DNA of 63,461 nucleotides, filler included, from Octopus bimaculoides (lineage: Eukaryota): assembly GCF_001194135.2 (NCBI RefSeq). It is 10 parts of 9 records of this genome, joined end to end, with 100 filler letters (N's around TTAATTAATTAA, not from the genome) between each part and the next. Parts side by side here need not be neighbours in the genome. Positions count along the whole stretch, not along the records: positions 1 to 1,870 come from NC_069003.1; positions 1,971 to 5,811 come from NC_069005.1; positions 5,912 to 20,718 come from NC_069000.1; 7 more parts are not named here. The stretch is one strand, 5' to 3'. The position numbers and the translations under genes were made by a program. Of this stretch, positions 1 through 10,432 are shown piece after piece. The notes under the pieces are model-generated. The model ran no database searches and was not told the origin of the DNA. It was given only the letters and a program-made list of their open reading frames with translations. Positions within the stretch are counted from its first letter, which is position 1. Each line of letters begins with the position of its first letter.

Positions 1-110
1 GAATGTGTAACGGGTGGATGAACTAACGGATGGATCGACTGAGCCTTGATCTTTAGAAGACTGGAAAGCAAGGATGACTGATGTTATTGATGGAGCACGG
101 ATGGATGAAA

Positions 111-347
111 AAGGTGGCGAGCTGGCAGAAACGTTAGCACACCGGGCGAAATGCTTAGCGGTATTTCGTCTGCCGTTACGTTCTGAGTTCAAATTCCACC
201 GTGGTCGACTTTGCCTTTCATCCTTTCGGGGTCGATAAATTAAGTACCAGTTACGCACTGGAGTCGATGTAATCGACTTAATCCCTTTGTCTGTCCTTGT
301 TTGTCCCCTCTATGTTTAGCCCCTTGTGGGCAATAAAGAAATAAGAA
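111..347 (+). mobile_element. tRNA-derived SINE, family A, full length
   Basis: Head AAGGTGGCGAGCTGGCAGAAACGTTAG (A-box-like) and GTTCAAATTCC (B-box). Central GCCTTTCATCCTTTCGGGGTCGATAAATTAAGTACC resembles the Meta-type SINE domain. AATAAAGAAATAAG tail. Recurs more than 15 times in the window. Confidence 0.9.
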
Positions 348-609
348 TGAGGACAGAAACGGGTGTGCTGCTATAAAGGAGATTCATGGCTTCCCAACCA
401 GACGGAAGAGGAAGAGAGAGAGTTAGCAAGTTTAGATGGTGGGAGTTAGTCAATTACATCAAACCCAGTACTTGACTGGTGCTTTACTTCATCAGCCCGT
501 GAAAGGATTTGAACTCATAACATAAGTTATGCCACTAAGCATTTTGTTTTATGTGCTAATGCTTCTGTAGTCTTGCTACTTTCATGATAATAAATATTAC
601 AGATTTCTT

Positions 610-844
610 AAGGCAGCAAGATGGCAGAAACGTTACCATGCCGGGTGAAATGCTTAGCGATATTTCGTCTATCTTTATGTTCTGAGTTCAAATTCCGCAG
701 AGGTCGACTTTGCTTTTCATCCTTTCGGGGTCGATAAATTAAGTACCAGTTACGCACTGGAGTCGATATAATCGACTTAATCCCTTTTTCCGTCCTTGTT
801 TGTCCCCTCTATGTTTAGCCCCTTGTGCGCAATAAAGAAATAAA
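610..844 (+). mobile_element. SINE family A, full length
   Basis: Colinear with and highly similar to the copy at 111-347. Confidence 0.9.
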
Positions 845-1028
845 ATGGATGAACTTTCTTTTGAAACGCATTCAATGTTTCGCTGCTAGTGTTAGAGGTA
901 GCGTTGGCAATGGTAGTAATTATTGACTCTTTTGATGCAGTGGTGATAATGATACGGAGATAGACAATGCGATGGTGTCAGAGGAATGTTGCTGTTGTTG
1001 TTGGTGGTAGTCATGGAGCATTGTGAAA

Positions 1029-1045
1029 CTGGTAGTGTACTGTTG

Positions 1046-1101
<56 letters not shown>

Positions 1102-1138
1102 GAGAGAGAGAGATAGAGTGTGTGCGTGTGTGTGTGTA
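1029..1138. repeat. Compound microsatellite (CA)n(TA)n(GA)n(GT)n
   Basis: Seen directly; explains the ORF-track peptides CVCVCV/HTHTHT. Confidence 0.9.
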
Positions 1139-1364
1139 TCTCTACAGATTTTCTATAGAATTTATATATTCTATAGAGCCAGCACTGAATGTTACGACTT
1201 TTGGCATACAAAAACGTCAATGTAAGCAATGCGATCAAAGGTAGAAAAAAAATAGCAATGGGTGTACATGCACATTTCAGGAATTATTGCTCTTTCTTCA
1301 GCACCACATCTAATCCATTAACCGTCCACGAAAAATTTGCTTGAATAGTCACTAAGTTTATCAG

Positions 1365-1450
1365 TGTAACACATTGTAATACATTGCTGTAACACATTGT
1401 AACACAGAGTAACACAGTGTAACACATTGTAACACAATGTAATACATTGC
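1365..1450. repeat. 10-bp minisatellite (TGTAACACAT)n, about 8 units
   Basis: tgtaacacat tgtaatacat ... tgtaacacag agtaacacag tgtaacacat tgtaacacaa tgtaatacat. Confidence 0.9.
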
Positions 1451-2180
1451 TGGCAACTAGTACACATATATTAATTGCTGATAGGGACACAGTACTTCGT
1501 TTTGCAACTATACTAAGAAGGCGCGACAAATTCTGAAATATACCTATAAACCTATTACCAATTTTTCTATCTTCGATCGCATTGTTTACATGGACGTATT
1601 CGTATACGAAACGTCGTGACATTCAGCACTAGCTCTAAGTTCTATAGAAATCTGTGGAGATACTCTTAAAAATGAAAACAACGCAGCGTTAACACAAAAT
1701 AGGACACAGTATTGACTTAGAAACTTTTAACATACTCCGTAGTGAATTATGGTTGCAAAACGAACGTCTCTACCAGCAACTAATATATTAAGTTAGACAT
1801 GGCCTGGACCAATCTTTGGTCGAAACAAATCTAAGTTTTATCTAAGTTTTATATATATATATATATATATNNNNNNNNNNNNNNNNNNNNNNNNNNNNNN
1901 NNNNNNNNNNNNNNTTAATTAATTAANNNNNNNNNNNNNNNNNNNNNNNNNNNNNNNNNNNNNNNNNNNNTTCTACTTCGCGGATTTTCACCTATCGTAT
2001 AACAAACATTTTTTGACTTTGAACAAACATTTTTTTACTTAATGCTTAAAGTTATGTTGAAAAATAAACGTTGTAAAAGAAAAACAGAGAAAATTAAACA
2101 GCAGAAGTTGTTTTATACGACTTGATGATTTTTAGTTTATTAACGGCACATTTTTATATAAAATACTTGGTAAAAATCAC

Positions 2181-2327
2181 TGGTACTCCGTCTGTTACGA
2201 CGGTGAGTTTTCCAACGGTAATCAACTGAACAGCCTGCACGTGAAATTAACGTGCAAGAGGTTGAGCACTCCACAGACACGTGTACCCTTAACGTGATTC
2301 TCAGGGATATTCAGCGTGACTCAGAAT
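2181..2327 (-). mobile_element. SINE family C, 3' fragment
   Basis: cagcctgcacgtgaaattaacgtgcaag...gagcactccacagacacgtgtacccttaacg is the reverse complement of the 3' half of the copy at 5523-5811. Confidence 0.8.
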
Positions 2328-2374
2328 CTTTTCAACTCTAAGCACAGAGCCCGAAATTTTGTGGGAGGGGCCCA

Positions 2375-2640
2375 AAGCTTGATGAGTGGATTTGGTAAAC
2401 GGAAAGTGAAAGAAGCCCTATGTGTGTGTGTGTGTGTGTCTTTGTGTCTGTGCCACCGGCTACTGCTTGACAACCGGTGTTTGTGTGTGTTTACGTCCCG
2501 GTAACTTGGCGGTTTGGCAATGATATCGATAGAATAAGTACCAGGCTTGAAAAAAATAAAAAGTACCAGGGTCGATTCATTCGACCGAAAGTTCTTCAAG
2601 GCGGTGTCCCAGCATGGCTGCAGTCAAACGACTGAAGCCC
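2375..2640 (+). mobile_element. SINE family B, 5'-truncated
   Basis: gtggatttggtaaacggaaagtgaaagaagccc ... gatagaataagtacc ... ccagcatggctgcagtcaa matches the copy at 21769-22171. Confidence 0.8.
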
Positions 2641-3959
2641 GTAGCAGCAGTATTTTATTGTTGCTCGCTGTATCAGCGGACTGGCTTTTTCCAGCAATGT
2701 CTAGCTTTCTAATACCATAATGAGTATTAAAATTCCTCAGCCAAACATCACTAAATATAATACGCATATATATATTCTGATTGAACGTTCATTTGCTTCT
2801 TAAAAGACTTTGTGCTTCGGCTATAAGCACTGCTTTGTCGAGATTTTCTTATGTGTGCTGATGGAAGATTTTCTCTTCAGCAATTTTATTGAGATGCTCA
2901 GACGAGACAGAGAATTCTAGACTTTTATTCTTTGCCTTTCTTTATATTGTCTTCATTTTCTTAACACAAGATTTATCTTCTTCAAGAGGCATTATTATGA
3001 GCGTATAAACATTACGCTATATGTAGTAAATAGAGAAAACAGGGTACAAAATTTACATGTGTTGCCACAATGTAAATTGCTCGTTTATGATGATTGTCAC
3101 TAATACAACAAGGTTGCCGTTTAAACACTGTTGTCGAGATCCAGAGCGAATCGCAGTAGGTCCACTACTCGCTTACGGAAAACGACATCCAGTGCTGGAT
3201 TCCAAAAGTAACAGGAACGCTGCGACCGGTGTATTGCTGCGCAAGGTGACTAATTCGAAGGAGATAATGTTAAAATTTAGGTAAATATTAAAAAAAAAAA
3301 AAAAACTAGCCCGGGAACATTTAGATACCACCTNNNNNNNNNNNNNNNNNNNNNNNNNNNNNNNNNNNNNNNNNNNNNNNNNNNNNNNNNNNNNNNNNNN
3401 NNNNNNNNNNNNNNNNNNNNNNNNNNNNNNNNNNNNNNNNNNNNNNNNNNNNNNNNNNNNNNNNNNNNNNNNNNNNNNNNNNNNNNNNNNNNNNNNNNNN
3501 NNNNNNNNNNNNNNNNNNNNNNNNNNNNNNNNNNNNNNNNNNNNNNNNNNNNNNNNNNNNNNNNNNNNNNNNNNNNNNNNNNNNNNNNNNNNNNNNNNNN
3601 NNNNNNNNNNNNNNNNNNNNNNNNNNNNNNNNNNNNNNNNNNNNNNNNNNNNNNNNNNNNNNNNNNNNNNNNNNNNNNNNNNNNNNNNNNNNNNNNNNNN
3701 NNNNNNNATATATATGCATGCATGTATGTATGTAGTATGTATGCATGCATGTATGCATGTGCGTATGAACGTATACCTTCTCGGAGGTGAGAAGAATTAA
3801 CTTCTCGTCCCATAATCTGTTATCTCAGATGTAAGAATGTAATTAGTAGAGAAACGCTCTTAGACAAAGACACCAGCAATTCAAAGATAACAGCGCACAA
3901 AGTTTGTTTGGAATCAATCAATGAGTGGTATAATTAAAATGATAATTTACAAAGTTTGC

Positions 3960-4030
3960 ATAGAATCAATTCGGTTCTGTTATACGGAAACCTGGACAAT
4001 AAGAGAAACACTTGAAGAAGACATAATTGT
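3960..4030 (+). pseudogene. Tiny RTE-type LINE reverse transcriptase fragment
   Basis: gttctgttatacgga-aacctggacaataagagaaacacttgaa reads VLLYG/ETWTIRETLE across a frameshift, resembling the RTE-clade LLYGxETWT motif. Confidence 0.5.
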
Positions 4031-4209
4031 TGGACATGGTTCTCTTTGGTGAGTAGCACCTGGAGGTAGTCTTCTATAAATGGTAATTATTAAACGGTTA
4101 ATTACAAGAGAGCAGACATTTTCAGCTGATCACATTTTATATTGCAAAGAAATGATGCCACTTTAGCGTGTTGTCTACCTGGTCATTTACACTTTAGCGT
4201 GGAGTCGGT

Positions 4210-4672
4210 CCCTAACCCTAAATCTAACCCTAATTCTAAAGCTTAACCCTAACCTTAAACGCTAATCTTAATCCTAAACCCTAAAGTCTAACCCTAATCC
4301 TTATCCTAAAGCTTAACCCTAAATTTTTATCCTAATCCTAAACCCTAACTCAAACCCTAACACTAATTCGAAACCCTAATACTAACCCTAAACCTCAAAC
4401 CCAATCCTAACTACTAATCATAAACCCTAACCCTAATCTTAACCTTATCCAGTAACCTAACCTTAATCCTAAAGCTTAACCCTAAGCCTAAACGCTAATC
4501 CTAATCCCTAAACCCTAAAGTCTAACCCTAACCCTTATCCTAAACCTTAACCCCAAATTTTGATTCTAACCCTAACCCAAACACTAATTCGAAACCCTAA
4601 TACTAACCCTAAACCACAAACTTAATCCTAACCACTAATTCTAAACCCTAACCCTAATCCTAACCCCAAACT
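4210..4672. repeat. Degenerate interstitial telomere-like (CCCTAA)n tract with a higher-order duplication of about 233 bp
   Basis: Many ccctaa/cctaaa/cttaa variants. The block aaagcttaaccctaa...cgaaaccctaatactaaccctaaacc occurs at about 4238 and again at about 4471. Confidence 0.85.
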
Positions 4673-5522
4673 TATACAGTTAAGAATAGAAATAGACCTT
4701 GGAAAATTCTATGGTTTAATCCAACTTCCAATTTTTGCGTAAAGATTAACTTAGCTCTGGAATTCCTTTTGACATTCACGAAAGACGTATGTAGCATAGA
4801 GTCTTCAGCATTGGATGAATCGGAAAACTTTCAAAATATTTCTCCTTCTTTTGACTAATTTAATAGTAAAAGTTTCTCTGGTATCAATAATAATTTTCAA
4901 CTTCTCGCGTGCAATTGTACAGATTTCAGTAATTGCCTCATGATGGTAATTACTTAGCTAAACAGATTGTATGTAATACAAAAGAACAGCCTGCAAACAG
5001 CACCATGTACAAAACGGATACAGGTTAAAGGGAAACATTTAAAACGTAGTTGTATATAACAAGATTTTTTTTTTTTTAAGTATCCGGATAAAAGGCGTGT
5101 TTGTCTGAGTATCGGGTTTTTGAAAGAATTTGGCTCAGCTTCCGTTACGTTACATTGTTCTATATTGGAACGCAGGGATCCATACCAACACATCTCTTAT
5201 CGTGCTTTAGTGAAATGTTCGTTGAATTTGAATGAGAAATCCTCTATTTTTTTTATTTTTTCAGAAGGAATTTGCTTTGAAGCAGAAATATGAATTACTA
5301 AATTTTTGCAGATAGATTTTTGCTTGCTTTCTAACTTTTCACCGCTTAATGGATAAAGTGCTTTGAACCGTTCTTTTTTCTTCTTTGTTTAATTGAAACA
5401 CCTTTGATCATGAACCTGCTTGTTCAGAGCAAACTTAATGTTTAAAAATAACAACAACAGCAACAATAATAATGAAGAGTCAACGATAGAGCCTTTTACA
5501 CGATCGTTCCATCTCTTAGTGT

Positions 5523-5811
5523 AGGCGCAATGACCCAGTGGTTAGGGCAGCGGACTCGCGGTCATAGGATCGCGGTTTCGATTCCCAGACCTAAAGCTCC
5601 ACGAGGCTCCGGCAGGGGATGGTGGCGAACCCTGCTGTACTCTTCCACCACAACTTTCTCTCACTCTTACTTCCTGTTTCTGTTGTACCTGTATTTCAAA
5701 GGGCCAGCCTTGTCACACTCTGTATCACGCTGAATATCCCCCGAGAACTACGTTAAGGGTACATGTGTCTGTGGAGTGCTCAGCCACTTGCACGTTAATT
5801 TCACGAGCAGG
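5523..5811 (+). mobile_element. tRNA-derived SINE, family C (tRNA-Arg-like head), cut by a gap
   Basis: AGGCGCAATGACCCAGTGGTTAG (A-box) ... GGTTTCGATTCCC (B-box), followed by a non-tRNA body. No tRNA acceptor 3' strand. Confidence 0.85.
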
Positions 5812-7273
5812 NNNNNNNNNNNNNNNNNNNNNNNNNNNNNNNNNNNNNNNNNNNNTTAATTAATTAANNNNNNNNNNNNNNNNNNNNNNNNNNNNNNNNN
5901 NNNNNNNNNNNTCCACACGCCTCACCCGCGAAGCAAAGTCGATCCTCGGTGAAGTAATCACGTACTAAGTGGATCTTTGGTGACATTTAGATCGGACATA
6001 GTCGTTTGCTTAAGTTTGCTTTCGTGCTCTCGTCTTAATTGAAAATAACTGCTGGCATTGCTCATTCGTCTTCTCCTTTCCTCATTATAAACGCGCGCTC
6101 GCATTTACACACACACACACACACAGAGTATCTCTGTTTCTCTTTCTCTCTCTCATTCACACACACACACACGTTTGGTTAGGCACGAGGCCAATTTCGT
6201 AGAGGAAGAGTACAGCATATTGAATCGACTCTCTCTGAAATGTATGTTGCGCGATACATTTCGCATGCGTGTATGTTTTATATACATTTGTGAATAAGTG
6301 TATATACATGCACTTGATGTAATAGTGTATGGAAAAAATGTGTGTGTGGAGGACCTATTGGTCTCACGACTCTGTTATCAGCCGTAGTTGTGTGTAGAAG
6401 GGTCACTGTATAGAGTGTGTATGTATGTATGTGTGTGTGTGTGCGCGTAGGTGGTCCCGAGACATGGAATTGTTTAGTGAGTATTTTAACAATTGGCTAG
6501 CTTTTCATCTTATTGTGCTGTGCGTTAGTTAGCCTGGCTGATTCTTCAGTTGTCAGCAGGCAAGAATTCAGGCTGCTGCTTCATAACCGTTCTTTGGTAC
6601 GGTTAGGCTACGCTGACCTTAATACGAGAGAGAGGGTGAGAGTGGGTGGGGGAAGAGAGATCTTACGTAAATTCCGGAACCTCTTCTGCTGAATGCAAAA
6701 TGACTGTTTTAAATTGCAGTATTATGATGAAGGCAAATCTAACGACGAGTGAAAAGTTTTAACTTTCTGAGCTCCATCGGTGGTCGTCGCAAATATATGT
6801 GTACATATATTTGTTTATCTACCGACTCCCACTTTACTCCTACGACAAAGATAAAGAAAATTTTTTTAATGTTGGGGGTGGGAATGGTGGTAGAAATAGG
6901 ACACGGCCAACGAGGAAGCCTACTACGCAGTCACTCGACCTGCTAGAAATAGCAACTAAATCTTTCAAGTTATACCTTGCCGCTTCAGAAATAAAAATGA
7001 AAGGACACATTGGATGCTGCAATCCAATGTAGGATACACAGCGAATAAATGCCGATGACTTAAAGTACCAATCAAGTACTGGCGGAGGGATTCGATAAAA
7101 TCAGTTAGCAGAATCATTAGTGCGTCGAACAAAATGGTTAGTGGCATTCCTTCCAGCTCTATGGTCTGAGTTCAGATTCCGCCAAGGTCGATTGATCTTA
7201 GCACTTGACTTGTCTCATCCCTTCAAAATTGCTGATCTTCTGTCAAAATTAGAAAGAATTATTCATGTTGTTT

Positions 7274-7640
7274 GTTCCGAGTTCAAATTTCACTGAGGTC
7301 GGCTTTGCCTTTCATCCTTTCGAGGTCGATAAAATAGTTACTGGGGTCGATGTTATTGACTCACCCCACTTCCTCGGAGTTGCTGGCCTTGTGTCAAAAT
7401 TTGAAACCAATATCATAAATATTGTAAAGCGGCGAGCTGGCAGAATCGTTTGTACGCCGGGCAAAATGCTTAGCAACGTTTCGTCCGTCCTTACGTTCTG
7501 AGTTCAAATTCCGCGGAGGTCGACTTTGCCTATTGTCCTTTAGGGGTTGATAAATTAAACGCCAGTGAAACACTGGGGTCAATGTAATCGATTAATCTCC
7601 TCCCCCTAAATTTCAGGCCTTGTGCCTATAGTAGACAGGA
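7274..7640 (+). mobile_element. Two adjacent family A SINE copies (7274-7410 partial, 7426-7640 near full); a degenerate third at about 7105-7195
   Basis: B-box GTTCAAATT and the gcctttcatcctttcg domain are repeated. Confidence 0.85.
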
Positions 7641-8150
7641 TTATTATTATTATCATTATTATTATTATTGAGTGAGAGAGCAGTGCATGCCATCAAAGTG
7701 ACACTGGGGTAAAATATACGAAGCCCAATATACCCATCATGACTACCCGTCTGATAAGGTTACACCAGACACGTGCATCACAACCCTATGTGCGCGATAT
7801 GGTGATCTCATATCAAGATAAACAGCGCAGGTGGGGCCCAGTTAGAATTTTCTTCAGGTCCAGTAGCCCATCCTGCTCAAAAGGTCCTTGAATAAGGGTT
7901 GTTTAAAGATTTTGAACGAAACACCCGTGTTTCCAAAGGTGAATTATCCAAACCCCAAAGAATTCCTCTCAACACATGGCTATGATGCTCCCCCACTACT
8001 TCTGCTCATGATCAGAGATGCACATATCGTCAGCCACCAAGGGACATGCTCAACTGGTTAAGGTCAAACAATTGACAAGCAAATCTGTGGTGTTGAGCAG
8101 AATATTTGCTGAAGCCCATCTTTTATACCAAGACAAAACAAAGTACATGA
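7640..8150 (-). mobile_element. Retroposon 3' end with (TAA)n tail (family F)
   Basis: (TTA)n at about 7640-7668 adjoins a non-simple body. A second copy of part of the body (ccaaagaatccctctcaacacatggttatgatgct..ccactactcctgctcatgatc) lies at about 30808-30868. Confidence 0.6.
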
Positions 8151-8739
8151 TATATATTTATTACTGTCAAGTTACTGAAACTGGGTCTCGGTATTTTATG
8201 GAGTTACATTGTTAGTAATAAATTCTGTTCCTTCCAGATTCTCTCACTGATTCTAGACACTAAAATGTAAAACAGAAGTATTTTAAGTGAGAGGGGGTCA
8301 GTTGTCTCAAAGGAAGCAGGATAACTCAATTAAGCGCAGAAGCTAACTGGTAGCATCCCATACCCCCCTTCACACACGCGACAGTTAAAAGCAAATACAT
8401 GCCCTCTCTCTCGAGAATTGTACATTTCCTTAGACGCCACTCCTTATTTGACTTTGTGAGAAGGGAACCTCTACATTAGACCGCTCAAATTGCTAAAAAT
8501 AGCAGCCAAGTTTCGAACTTTACGGTCTTTGTAAATGAAAGAGCCCGATGAATAATGTCGTCTTTCACGCCTCTAAAAAAAAAAAAAAAATAGGGGTAGT
8601 CGTGGCTGTATTGCCATTGATTATAACTCTGTTCTGTCTGTGTTGATCTAGAGGTGTCGAACAACAATAACAACACTATAATGTGGTATTTCTCGCAGGG
8701 GATGTGAGGATTGTAAAAAGAGGTGAAAGATTTTGCCGT

Positions 8740-8935
8740 CGTCATCATCATCGTCGTCGTTTTAACGTCTGCTTTTTCATGCTTGCATGGGTCGGACGAA
8801 GTTTAATGATGGAAATTTTCTACGGCTGGATGCTCCATACTGTCACCAACTCTTGCTTATTTCCAAGCAAGGAAATATATCCCCATAGCCAGACACGGTT
8901 TTTCAGACTATAGAAACGAATAACATTCATTTCCA
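8740..8935 (-). mobile_element. Family E retroposon 3' end, degenerate
   Basis: (CAT)n then tttaacgtctgctttttcatgcttgcatgggtcggacga, the reverse complement of the end of 23415-23620. Confidence 0.7.
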
Positions 8936-8989
8936 ACAATCAAGCGATGCCTTGACGGGAATACAAACACATACATACACCTTTTATCC

Positions 8990-9201
8990 TTTACTTGTTT
9001 CAATCATTTGACTGCGGCCAAGCTGGGGCACCGCCTTAGAGAATATTTAGTCGGATGAATCGACCCCAGTACCTAACATATTTAAGCTTGGTACTTATTC
9101 TATCAGTCCCTTTTGCCGAACAGCTAAGTTACGGGGACGCAAATACAGCAGCGCGGGTTGTCAAGCGGTGGAAGGAGGCAAGCATAGATACAAAGACACA
9201 C

Positions 9202-9236
<35 letters not shown>

Positions 9237-9351
9237 TGATGGGATTCCTTCAGTTTCCGTCCACCAAATCTGTTGACAAGGCTTTGGCTGGCCCGACCGC
9301 TAAGTTTTTCGACCGGCGTGCTAACGATCCTGCCAGCTCGCCGCCTTAAAG
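8990..9351 (-). mobile_element. Family B SINE (8990-9297) joined directly to a family A head (9298-9351)
   Basis: Reverse-complement B body. The B head is replaced by gtgctaacgatcctgccagctcgccgcctt (A head, minus strand). Confidence 0.75.
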
Positions 9352-10003
9352 GNNNNNNNNNNNNNNNNNNNNNNNNNNNNNNNNNNNNNNNNNNNNNNNN
9401 NNNNNNNNNNNNNNNNNNNNNNNNNNNNNNNNNNNNNNNNNNNNNNNNNNNNNNNNNNNNNNNNNNNNNNNNNNNNNNNNNNNNNNNNNNNNNNNNNNNN
9501 NNTTTTTGCTTTTTCATTTAAATAAACAACCAACCCTTGAAGCATTCTTGTTTGTTAAATGTAATATTTTTACACAACCATTGGAGGGCGAAGCTCTCCT
9601 TGCGACCCGACCGCAGGTTCGCGAGATGGTTGTGATCTGTAAATAGCTTTGAGTAGGAATCGGAAAAAAAAAGAAGTATCAACACACAATGCCAATAATA
9701 ATAATAATTGTATGGTAGAGTGGGCCGGTATTTGACTGCTGTTGTGTGTAATGGTTTAAATGACATCCATATGTAAAAAGTAATATTATAGACAGAGTGA
9801 AAAAATAAGTGATAAGGCTTTCAGTATGTAGGCATCTACGATTTGTGGAACATTACCAAGTCTTTGTTTACCAAGTTGACTGCAGCTCAAGTGCTGCACA
9901 TTTTCTGAATTTACACATCAGCATTACCCATTATTATTATTATTATTATTATTATCTGAATTTGCACAAATACATAACTCGTTATTATGTTATTACGTCA
10001 AGT

Positions 10004-10432
10004 AAGGTGGCGAGTTGGCGGAACCGTTAAGCACGCCGGGTGCAATGCTTAGCGGCGTTTCGTCCGTCGTTACGTTCCGAGTTCAAATTTCGCCGTGGTT
10101 CACTTTGCCTTTTATATTTTCGGGGGTCGATAAAATAAGTACCAGTCAAGTACAGGGGTCGGTGTAAATCGACTTGGTCCGACCCCCCCAAAAATTTTCA
10201 GGCCTTGTGGCCTATTGTAGAAAGGTTTATTATTCCGTCAGAATCGTTAGCGCATCGGATGAAATGCTCTTTACGTTCTGAGTTCAGATTTCGCCGAGGT
10301 CCACTTTGTCTTTTCGTCCTTTCGGAGGTCGATAAAATAAGTAACAGTTGAGCACTGGAGGTCGATGTAATCGGCCCTTCCTTCTCCTCCCACCAAAATC
10401 TGTTGGCCTTATACCAAAATTTTGAAACCATT
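10004..10432 (+). mobile_element. Two tandem family A SINE copies (10004-10232; 10236-10432)
   Basis: Both carry B-box GTTCA(A/G)ATT and the central domain. Confidence 0.85.

Noticed and set aside
1915-1926. TTAATTAATTAA recurring nine times (also 5856, 20763, 30252, 38031, 50435, 52590, 54416, 61589)
   Set aside because: Always centred between two 44-N runs, 100 bp in total. It is an artificial all-frame-stop gap spacer from the assembly, not biology.
2790-2995. Minus-strand reading MPLEEDKSCVKKMKTI*RKAKNK... that looks protein-like
   Set aside because: Three stops and no motif I can assign; possibly an old retroelement remnant, but I cannot support a call.
4210-4672. True telomere or chromosome end
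   Set aside because: The hexamers are highly degenerate and there is ordinary sequence on both sides.
5523-5590. tRNA gene calls for the SINE heads (families A, B, C)
   Set aside because: A- and B-boxes are present, but there is no complete cloverleaf or acceptor stem, and each continues into a repeated SINE body.
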